DNA of 64,000 nucleotides from an uncultured Eubacteriales bacterium (GTDB taxonomy: Bacteria > Bacillota > Clostridia > Oscillospirales > Oscillospiraceae), in contig CABSFR010000002.1 in NCBI GenBank assembly GCA_902477135.1, positions 9,649 through 73,648 on the forward strand, written 5' to 3'. Positions 49,671 through 64,000 of the stretch are shown here, one piece after another. Below the pieces are notes generated by a model. The model searched no databases, was not told where the DNA came from, and worked only from the letters and a program-made list of their open reading frames with translations. Position numbers and translations under genes: made by a program. Within the stretch, counting starts at the first letter, position 1. Each line of letters starts with the position of its first letter.

Positions 49671-50177
49671 ATGGAGCGGTGCGACATTTACGATGCCGAG
49701 CGCAGGCCGCTGGGAAAAACGAGGCCGCGCGGCGCCGTCCTTCCGCGCGGGGAATATCACTTGACCGCCTTCGTCTGGGTCTTTAATTCCGCCGGACAGG
49801 TGCTTCTGACCAGACGCGCGCCGGAGAAGAAGAGCTACCCCAACCAGTGGGCGATGACCGGCGGCGCGGTACAGGCGGGCGAGGATACACGGCAGGCGAT
49901 CTGTCGGGAGCTGCGGGAGGAGACCGGCCTGCGGGCGCAGCCGGAGGCGTTTTGGAGAGCGGAGACCTTCCGCTTTGAGGACACCATCTGCGACGTATTC
50001 TTTCTGCGCATGGACGCGCCGATCGGCGCGCTCACCTTGCAGCCCGAGGAGACCAGCGAGGCGCGCTGGGTCGACAGAGCGGAGCTGGAGCGGATGATCG
50101 CGAAGCGATTGATCGCCCGTCCGGATGCGCTGCACTACGCGCAGTTCGGCGACAAGCTGGACGGATGGATAAAATAA
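49671..50177 (+). CDS. NUDIX hydrolase
   Basis: Nudix box GGAVQAGEDTRQAICRELREETGL. Confidence 0.8.
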   Translation: MERCDIYDAERRPLGKTRPRGAVLPRGEYHLTAFVWVFNSAGQVLLTRRAPEKKSYPNQWAMTGGAVQAGEDTRQAICRELREETGLRAQPEAFWRAETFRFEDTICDVFFLRMDAPIGALTLQPEETSEARWVDRAELERMIAKRLIARPDALHYAQFGDKLDGWIK

Positions 50178-50218
50178 CCGCCAAGATCGGAAAAATGCCC
50201 GATCTTGGCGGATTTTTT
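50178..50218 (+). terminator. Strong rho-independent terminator (CCGCCAAGATCGGaaaaatgcCCGATCTTGGCGG + ATTTTTT)
   Basis: 13-bp perfect stem plus a U-tract. Confidence 0.8.
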
Positions 50219-50230
50219 AGCGAAAAAACC

Positions 50231-50259
50231 TTGACGCGGAGGAAAAAGTATGGTAAAAT
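50231..50259 (+). promoter_or_regulatory. rpoB promoter (TTGACG-17-TGgTAAAAT)
   Basis: Hexamers read from the sequence. Confidence 0.55.
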
Positions 50260-50440
50260 AATGCTCCATACTGCGAAAGTGCCGCCCTGCGGCCACCTCC
50301 ACCTCTTATTCTGATTATACCACGTCCCGCGCGGAAAGACAAGAGGGGAGAATGAAAAAAGGACAACGCGTCCGCGTGTGTCACAAACGCAGCACCCGAT
50401 CGTACGAAACACACCAAGAAGAAAGGCGTGAAGATAGCAT

Positions 50441-54131
<3,691 letters not shown>

Positions 54132-54135
54132 TACG

Positions 54136-57828
<3,693 letters not shown>

Positions 57829-57835
57829 TGACCAA

Positions 57836-57880
57836 AGGGCGCGTTGCAAAATAAGGATTGCAGCGCGCTCTTATTTTATC
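57836..57880 (+). terminator. Imperfect hairpin plus TTATTTTAT after rpoC
   Basis: GGGCGCGTTGCAA...TTGCAGCGCGCTC. Confidence 0.5.
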
Positions 57881-57909
57881 TACCGGTGGAAACAAATGTG
57901 CTTTCTCCA

Positions 57910-57938
57910 TTGCAAAAAACGTGGATTTGCGGTATGAT
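57910..57938 (+). promoter_or_regulatory. Promoter (TTGCAA-17-TATGAT) of the surface-glycan modification cassette
   Basis: Hexamers read from the sequence. Confidence 0.5.
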
Positions 57939-57968
57939 ATTCCCATCAATGATCGGGGGAGAGCGGAT

Positions 57969-59411
57969 ATGCACGCGTTACGATTTCGGGATTTTCTCGC
58001 GCGTGAGCGGTTTGCCGTTATAGCGGCCACCGTTCACTGGCTTACTTCGTTTGTTACCGAACGCTTTATTTTTGAGGTCGCGCCGACGGCCGACCTGCTG
58101 AACTATATTCTCTGCAAGGCCATCCTGTTTGCTGCGCTGTTCGGCTTCTGGCGTCTGATCTGGAAGGGACTGCTTGCTCCCGACCGCCGTACCAATCCGG
58201 AGCGCGCCTACCTGTCCTATGCGCTGCCGTATCTTTTTGCGCTGGTGCTGTGGATGCTCCTTGTGCGCCCCTATGAGCTGGTCGCGGACGAGCTGAGCCT
58301 GTATGAGCGCGCGCTCCGGCTGGACAGCTTTGCCTATTGGTTTAACTATCTTTCCGGCTTTTACTGGATCACCTGTCTGATGGTGCTGCCGCACTATCTC
58401 GGGCCGGTGCTGATCAAGCTGCTTTTACAGGCGCTCATCGCGGGCTACTGCGTCGCGCGGCAGGTTCGCCGCAGCGGCAGGCGGGGACTGCTGATGTACC
58501 TGCTGTTTTTGCTCCCCTTCACGATGGACATGGCGGTCTCCGCGCACCGCCTGCCCACCTACGGCATTGCCTACCTGTTTTTGATCGCCAAGCTGTATTA
58601 TGATTGGCTCGACCACAAGGCGCTGACGCGCACGACCCTCATCCTGCTCAGTGCGCTGATCGGTGTGCTGGCCTTCTGGCGCTCCGAGGGCATCTACCTT
58701 GTGCCGTTGGGTGCGATCCTGCTTTTGGTTGCCTACCGCCTAAAGCCGTGCAAGGCGCTTTGGAAGCAGGCCGCGCTCTACGCGCTGACCCTGCTTGTCG
58801 TCTTTCTTCCGCAGTGCAAGGCCTATGCCGAGTCGGAGGCGAGCCTGAGCCTCAGAACGAAGCCGCTTTGCGGCTATCTCCTGTGCAATATGTTCCGAAA
58901 CGGCCTGACGCCGGAGGACATTGCCGAGGAGCGCGCGGACATCGAGGCGTATCTCAAGCTCGACACGATCTATGATTATATCGAGCGCTATGGCGACGAG
59001 AACTATTATCAGGCCTACGTGATGGAAGGCGTGGAGGACGCGGACTATGCTGCGCAGGAGCGCTTTTGCGCGGCGGTCAAGCGCGTTGTCCTGAAGCACC
59101 CGATGATCTATCTGCGCGCGCAGTGGAACACATGGCGCTATCTCCACCGGCAGTATCCGCTCTCCGGCGCGAGAGCCGTGTTCCACCTGACCTATTGGCT
59201 GTGCATTCCCTGCGCGCTGGTGCTGGCAGCCTGCGTCTATGCGCTGCTGCGGCGCAGGTGGCTGGTCTTCTGGATCACGGGCGGCGGCATTGCAAACTGG
59301 CTGCTTGTCTTTTTGCTGATGCCCGCGGCTTATGCCAAGTATTTCTATGTTGACTACCTGATGGGTTATTTCTTCTTGCTTGCGTGGGTCTTAAAATGCA
59401 GAAAATCCTGA
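57969..59411 (+). CDS. Polytopic (~12 TM) membrane protein. Putative GT-C-type glycosyltransferase/polymerase (GtrC-like role) by context; no confident family assignment
   Basis: 480 aa, hydrophobic throughout. ATG 57969 after GGGGGAGAG. First gene of a gtrA/GT2-containing cluster. Confidence 0.4.
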   Translation: MHALRFRDFLARERFAVIAATVHWLTSFVTERFIFEVAPTADLLNYILCKAILFAALFGFWRLIWKGLLAPDRRTNPERAYLSYALPYLFALVLWMLLVRPYELVADELSLYERALRLDSFAYWFNYLSGFYWITCLMVLPHYLGPVLIKLLLQALIAGYCVARQVRRSGRRGLLMYLLFLLPFTMDMAVSAHRLPTYGIAYLFLIAKLYYDWLDHKALTRTTLILLSALIGVLAFWRSEGIYLVPLGAILLLVAYRLKPCKALWKQAALYALTLLVVFLPQCKAYAESEASLSLRTKPLCGYLLCNMFRNGLTPEDIAEERADIEAYLKLDTIYDYIERYGDENYYQAYVMEGVEDADYAAQERFCAAVKRVVLKHPMIYLRAQWNTWRYLHRQYPLSGARAVFHLTYWLCIPCALVLAACVYALLRRRWLVFWITGGGIANWLLVFLLMPAAYAKYFYVDYLMGYFFLLAWVLKCRKS

Positions 59412-59824
59412 AAAAGTTTCTTCAATTTGTGCTGGTTTCCGGCGTGGGCTGGCTGATCGACTTCGGCATCTACACGGTGCTGACGCGGCTTTGCGCCTTT
59501 CCGGTGGCCGGAGCGAACTATCTCAGCTCCATGGTCTCCGTCACCTTTGTCTTCTTCGTCTCCACAAAGAAGATCTTGGAGACGCGCGGCGGCAGCTGGT
59601 GGCGGAAATACCTGCTCTATGTGCTCTATCAGTTGCTGCTGATCACGGCGGTGTCGTTCTTGGCGCAGTGGATCGACCGGCTGCTGCGCGGCTGGACACT
59701 GCTGTGCAGCGTGCCGCTGCTGCGGCGCAACACCGCGTTGCTTTCGAAGATTCTCATCACACCGATCACCATGGTTTGTAACTTCTTCGTCCTGAGACGA
59801 ATTGCGGAGGGAAAACGTGAGTAA
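59396..59824 (+). CDS. GtrA-family small 4-TM protein (lipid-linked-sugar translocase-like)
   Basis: ~140 aa, 4 TM, GtrA-like FLQFVLVSGVGWLIDFGIY N-terminus. Overlaps the upstream gene. Confidence 0.75.
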   Translation: MQKILKKFLQFVLVSGVGWLIDFGIYTVLTRLCAFPVAGANYLSSMVSVTFVFFVSTKKILETRGGSWWRKYLLYVLYQLLLITAVSFLAQWIDRLLRGWTLLCSVPLLRRNTALLSKILITPITMVCNFFVLRRIAEGKRE

Positions 59825-60611
59825 AATTCTGATCTTTATTCCGATGTATCGCTGCGAAAAGCAGATTCCCAGAGTGCTGGCGCGCATTGCCGCACTCGGA
59901 GAGGAGCAAAAGCGATTTGCCGAGGTGCTTGTGGTGGACAACCGCAGTCCGGATGGCAGCATTGCCGCTGCGCGGCAAGCGCTGTCGAAGCTGTCCATTC
60001 CGGCACGCGTCGTGCGCAACTGCGAAAACTACAGCCTCGGCGGGTCGCATAAGGTCGCCTTTCAGTACGCCGTCGAGCAAGGCTTTGACGGTGTCGTCGT
60101 GCTGCACGGCGACGATCAGGGCGACATCGCGGACATTCTGCCCTATCTTCGCAGCGGCGAGACGGAGCGCTATGACTCGCTGCTCGGCTCCCGCTTTTCC
60201 AAGGACTCAAAGCTCGTCAACTACAGCGGTTTTCGCATTTTCGGCAACCGCGTCTTCAATGCCGTCTTTTCCCTCTTTACCGGAAAACGGGTGCAGGATC
60301 TCGGCGCGGGGCTGAACTATTACAAGACGAGCTACCTCCGCTCAAAATTCTACCTGTCGTTTCCCAATGACCTGACATTTAATGTATATCTTCTGCTCTA
60401 TGGGATCTATTGCAAGTCCGTCTTCCGCTTCTTCCCCCTGACGTGGCGGGAGGAGGATCAGGTCAGCAACGCAAAGCTGTTTTCGCAGACCAAGCGGATG
60501 CTCGGGCTGCTGATGCAATATCTCTTCTGCCGCAAAAAGCTGTTTTCCAGGGACGGCGGCGGGAAGGACTATCGCTATGAAGTCATGGCAGAATATCTGC
60601 CGGAGGGTTAA
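59817..60611 (+). CDS. Family 2 glycosyltransferase (GtrB/DPM1-like, soluble form)
   Basis: ILIFIPMYRCE...VVDNRSPDGS...VVLHGDDQGD (DxD). GTG start 6 nt after GGAGGG. Confidence 0.8.
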   Translation: MSKILIFIPMYRCEKQIPRVLARIAALGEEQKRFAEVLVVDNRSPDGSIAAARQALSKLSIPARVVRNCENYSLGGSHKVAFQYAVEQGFDGVVVLHGDDQGDIADILPYLRSGETERYDSLLGSRFSKDSKLVNYSGFRIFGNRVFNAVFSLFTGKRVQDLGAGLNYYKTSYLRSKFYLSFPNDLTFNVYLLLYGIYCKSVFRFFPLTWREEDQVSNAKLFSQTKRMLGLLMQYLFCRKKLFSRDGGGKDYRYEVMAEYLPEG

Positions 60612-60612
60612 C

Positions 60613-61350
60613 ATGGATACCTATCTGATGATGCCGATGGCGGGCGCGGGCAGCCGCTTTTTTCGGGATGGCTACGAGTGTCCGAAGCCGCTGATCGAAC
60701 TGCGTGGCAAGCCGTTTTTCTACTGGGCGGCAATGAGTGTGGTCGGGAAGATCCCCCTTGCGGGCGTCCGGTTTGTCGTTCTGCGGGAGCACATCGAGCG
60801 TTTCGCCATCGACCGCCGCATCCGCGACTACTTTTCGCAGGCAGAGGTGATCGTCCTTGACCACGTGCTCCGCGGGGCTGTCCTGACCTGCATGGAGGGC
60901 GTGAAGGATCTGTCCGCAGATGTACCACTGCTCTTTAACGACTGTGACCATCTGTTTTGCAGTGAGGCCATGGAGGCTCTGTGCCGTTTGCCGCAGCAGC
61001 AGCGCCCCGACGGCGTGCTGCTGACCTTCCACGCGACGGAGCCGAAATACAGCTTTGTTGCGCTGGATGCCGCCGGAAACGTAGAGCGGACGGTGGAAAA
61101 GCAGGCTATCAGCACGGAGGCCATCTGCGGCGCTTATTACTTTAACCGCAAGGAGCTTTTCGACCGTTACGCAGCGCGCTACCTTCAGGTGTGCCGCTAT
61201 GAGGAGTTCTTCATGAGCGGCGTGTACAACGAGATGATCGCCGACGGCCGCACGGTGCGCAGCCTGAAAACGCAGCTCCATGTTTCCTTCGGAACGCCGG
61301 AGGAGTACACGGCGGCGGAATGCCACCCGTTTTTTGAGGGGAAAACATGA
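60613..61350 (+). CDS. Sugar-/alcohol-phosphate nucleotidyltransferase (LicC/MurU/TarI-like NTP-transferase fold)
   Basis: N-terminal LMMPMAGAGSRF...KPLIELRGKP signature. RBS GGAGGG. Confidence 0.75.
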   Translation: MDTYLMMPMAGAGSRFFRDGYECPKPLIELRGKPFFYWAAMSVVGKIPLAGVRFVVLREHIERFAIDRRIRDYFSQAEVIVLDHVLRGAVLTCMEGVKDLSADVPLLFNDCDHLFCSEAMEALCRLPQQQRPDGVLLTFHATEPKYSFVALDAAGNVERTVEKQAISTEAICGAYYFNRKELFDRYAARYLQVCRYEEFFMSGVYNEMIADGRTVRSLKTQLHVSFGTPEEYTAAECHPFFEGKT

Positions 61351-63245
61351 CGGTACTGTATTTTCTGTGCGCTGTGGGCTTTTTGACCCTTGGGCACGTC
61401 TGCAAGGCGATCCGTTGGCGCAGGTTCGTCGGCGTCTATGAGGACACGCCGCTGCCCACGCTGCTCAGCGCGTTGGCCTCCGGCTATCTGGTCAGTTTCT
61501 ATCTGCCGCTGCATCTGGGCGAGGTCGTCCGCGTTGCGCTCTCCGGCAGAAAGATGAAGAACGGCTACGGCTATGCCATGGCGACCATCGCAGTGGATCG
61601 CTGCCTTGACGTCGTGTGTGTGGCGCTGATCTTCCTTGCCCTTGCGACGATCACGGCGTCCAAGACGATCCTGCACACGGCGCTGACTTATCTTATTTTG
61701 ACGGTGGCGCTGCTCGCGGTGCTGCTGCTTGTCGCGCTCAACAGCCGCCCCTGTAAAAAAATGGCGCTGCTGGGCTGCTCGGTCTTTAACGAAAAGATCA
61801 AGTTCCGTCTGCTGCTGTTTCTCTGGTCGCTGATCTCCTCCTTCAAGGATCTGATCCGGAAGGTCAACGTCTGGAAGCTGCTCCTCGACACCGTGATCAT
61901 GTGGGCGGCCTACCTTGCTTCCTACGCGATGCTCGCACGGATGCTTTGCAGGCAGGGGGCGGCAGTCGGATTTGTCGATGTGTTTTACATGATGTTCCAT
62001 ACCGGTGCGCTGTTCCGCTCCACCTTCGCGGTGACGAGCGGGATGTTCCGGCTGGTGCCTGAGCTGCTGCTGTGCGCATTCATTCTCGTGCCGCTGCCGC
62101 TGCTCCTGCTGGCCTCCGTGCTGATGCGCAAGGCCAAGCCGGCGACCGCAAGTATGCGCCTTCTGCCGCATTTGGAGCCGGAGGAGCAAATGCAGTTTCT
62201 CAACGCGTACTTCGAGGGCGAGCGGCCGGAGGCGATGCACGAGTTTCTTTCCATGAATGCGGATGCCTGCATCATCCGCGACTGTTCCTCCGGTTCCGAC
62301 GCGACCACGATGCTCTGCATGACAAAGGACGGGACGGTCTACCGCAAGTATGCCTTCGGTACGGCTGCTGCCGAAAAGCTCTTCGAGCAGGTGCAGTGGC
62401 TGCACGAGCAGACGGGTAAGCTCCCCCTGCCGGAGATCTGCAACGAAAAGCGGGGCAAGTACTCCTACCGCTATGATATGCCCTATGACAATTCCGCCGT
62501 GGGCTTTTTTGAGTATATCCACAGCCAGAGCGCGGAAAAAAGCTGGCACATCCTGCGCTCCGTGCTGGAGACCTTGCAGGAAAAGCTCTACACCGGTCAG
62601 ACGGCCGCCATTGACGAGGCGATGATCGAGCGCTATGTTACGCAGAAGGTCGAGGGCAACCTGCAAACCATCAGCCAGAGCCGCGCGCTGCGCGCGCTCT
62701 GCGAATATGAAACGCTGGAGATCAACGGTGTGACCTATCGCGGCCTGCCGCGCCTGCGGAAGATGTTCGAGATCCCGCACCTGCGTGAGATTTTTCAGGC
62801 GGAGCGCCGGGCGAACGTCCACGGTGACCTGACGATCGAAAACATCGTCTGTCGGCCGGAGCACGACGATTTTTACATCATCGACCCCAATCCGGACAAC
62901 CCCGTCAAAACGGCGGGCGTCGACTACGCGAAGCTGTTGCAGTCGCTGCACGGCGGCTATGAGTTCCTGCGCTATTCCCGTCCCGCTACGGTGGAGGGAA
63001 ACGCCGTGAACTTCCTTCAGCCCAATTCCGAGCGCTACCGGCAGATTTACTGCCGCTTTGATGCGTGGATGGCGGAGCACATGACCTTCGAGGAGCACCG
63101 CAGCGTTTACTACCATGAGATGATCCACTGGCTGCGCCTGATGCCGTATAAGATGCGCAAGAGCGAAAAGGGCGCGATCAAATACTTCGCCGCGATGATC
63201 GTCGTGATGAACGACATTTATGATCGCTTTGAGGAGGAGAAATGA
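61347..63245 (+). CDS. Fusion protein: N-terminal UPF0104/MprF-type flippase-like TM domain (residues ~1-300) plus C-terminal APH/choline-kinase-like phosphotransferase domain
   Basis: TM domain motif AIRWRRF...LPLHLGEVVRVAL. Kinase Brenner motif VHGDLTIENIVC and IIDPNPDN. Confidence 0.7.
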   Translation: MTVLYFLCAVGFLTLGHVCKAIRWRRFVGVYEDTPLPTLLSALASGYLVSFYLPLHLGEVVRVALSGRKMKNGYGYAMATIAVDRCLDVVCVALIFLALATITASKTILHTALTYLILTVALLAVLLLVALNSRPCKKMALLGCSVFNEKIKFRLLLFLWSLISSFKDLIRKVNVWKLLLDTVIMWAAYLASYAMLARMLCRQGAAVGFVDVFYMMFHTGALFRSTFAVTSGMFRLVPELLLCAFILVPLPLLLLASVLMRKAKPATASMRLLPHLEPEEQMQFLNAYFEGERPEAMHEFLSMNADACIIRDCSSGSDATTMLCMTKDGTVYRKYAFGTAAAEKLFEQVQWLHEQTGKLPLPEICNEKRGKYSYRYDMPYDNSAVGFFEYIHSQSAEKSWHILRSVLETLQEKLYTGQTAAIDEAMIERYVTQKVEGNLQTISQSRALRALCEYETLEINGVTYRGLPRLRKMFEIPHLREIFQAERRANVHGDLTIENIVCRPEHDDFYIIDPNPDNPVKTAGVDYAKLLQSLHGGYEFLRYSRPATVEGNAVNFLQPNSERYRQIYCRFDAWMAEHMTFEEHRSVYYHEMIHWLRLMPYKMRKSEKGAIKYFAAMIVVMNDIYDRFEEEK

Positions 63246-63823
63246 AACAGAGGCTTGCCATTTTTGACTTCGATGGTACTTTGTTTGACACCGTGCCCGC
63301 CAACTACGCCGCTTATCGGCAGGTGCTGGAGCCGTACGGCGTTTCGCTGAGCGAGAACTGCTTCGCGAGCGCGTGCAACGGGCGGTACTATCGGGATTTT
63401 CTGCCCCCGCTGCTGCCCGACGCAAGCCGCGAGCAGATCGACGCGATCCATCGGGCGAAGATCGAGTGCTACCCGAGCTTTTACGATCGGATCGTCGAGA
63501 ACACGGCGCTTTTCGACCTTCTCGCGGCGCTTTCCGAGACATATTTTATTGCGCTGGTCTCCACGGCGACGAAGCAAAGCGTGCTTGACATCCTTACAAA
63601 ATTCCGCCGCGTATCGGCCTTTGACCTGATCCTCACGCAGCAGGATGTGCCGAAGAAGAAACCGGCGCCGGACGGCTTCCTGATGGCGATGCGCCACTTT
63701 CATGTTGCGCCGGAGCAGACGATCATCTTTGAGGATTCGCCCGAGGGCGAGCAGGCGGCACAGGCCTGCGGCGCGGCCTGCCTGATGGTGCACGAGATCG
63801 TTTCGGGAGGGAAGACGGCATGA
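63242..63823 (+). CDS. HAD-IA family phosphatase (beta-PGM/MupP-like)
   Basis: Motif I IFDFDGTLFDT, motif II VSTATK, motif III KKKPAPDGF, motif IV EDSPEG. Confidence 0.8.
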   Translation: MKQRLAIFDFDGTLFDTVPANYAAYRQVLEPYGVSLSENCFASACNGRYYRDFLPPLLPDASREQIDAIHRAKIECYPSFYDRIVENTALFDLLAALSETYFIALVSTATKQSVLDILTKFRRVSAFDLILTQQDVPKKKPAPDGFLMAMRHFHVAPEQTIIFEDSPEGEQAAQACGAACLMVHEIVSGGKTA

Positions 63824-64000
63824 AACGCAGATCGCAGTTCGACGCTCTTCGCATTGCCGCCTGCTGCATGGTCGTCATGATCCATGTGAGCTTTTCCAAA
63901 TGGGACGCCGCGCCGGTGCGGTCGCTCCATTTTACCGTCTGCAACCTCTTTGACAGCATGGTAAGCCCCGCCGCCGTTCCGCTGTTCGTCATGCTCTCCG
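63820..64000 (+). CDS. Acyltransferase family 3 (OatA/OafA-like O-acetyltransferase), 5' fragment running off the window
   Basis: MKRRSQFDALRIAACCMVVMIHVSF... typical AT3 N-terminus. ATG overlaps the HAD stop. Confidence 0.65.
   Translation, partial: MKRRSQFDALRIAACCMVVMIHVSFSKWDAAPVRSLHFTVCNLFDSMVSPAAVPLFVMLS

Overview
High-GC Firmicutes (Clostridia-like) chromosomal segment. The core is a complete, uninterrupted S10-spc-alpha ribosomal protein supercluster (rpsJ to rplQ, 26.1-41.7 kb) followed by rpoB-rpoC (50.4-57.8 kb). Upstream is a maltodextrin-type ABC transporter/LacI/malQ operon, then a T-box-controlled trpB2, an adenosine-deaminase-family gene, murC-ldhD, a Cu(I) P-type ATPase, CarD and RidA. 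Three regions look accessory.

(i) 9.1-19 kb: two divergently transcribed giant S-layer-homology (SLH)-anchored secreted proteins. One is a CotH-type atypical kinase that is translationally coupled to a ThrE/YjjP-YjjB exporter pair. The other is a 1829-aa protein combining an NAGPA-like phosphodiester glycosidase domain, a calcineurin-like metallophosphatase domain and a Cys-rich module.

(ii) 41.8-50.2 kb: GNAT, MOP flippase, NUDIX/DUF296, lipid kinase/PssA/RsmE, and a leader-attenuator in front of a polysaccharide deacetylase-mntP pair.

(iii) 57.9-64 kb: a compact surface-glycan modification cassette. It comprises a polytopic membrane protein, GtrA, a GT2, a sugar-phosphate nucleotidyltransferase, an unusual fusion of a UPF0104/MprF-type flippase-like TM domain to an APH/choline-kinase-like kinase, a HAD phosphatase and an acyltransferase-3. 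This cassette is the best candidate for an undescribed system.

rpoB is split into two overlapping frames by an apparent 53-nt (3n+2) deletion. It removes the universally conserved LSALGPGGLSRERAGFE motif of Rif-cluster I and must be verified (it is either an assembly error or a dead gene).

No rRNA, tRNA, CRISPR array or transposase/integrase was found. Most long ORFs on the opposite strand of real genes are GC-driven artefacts.
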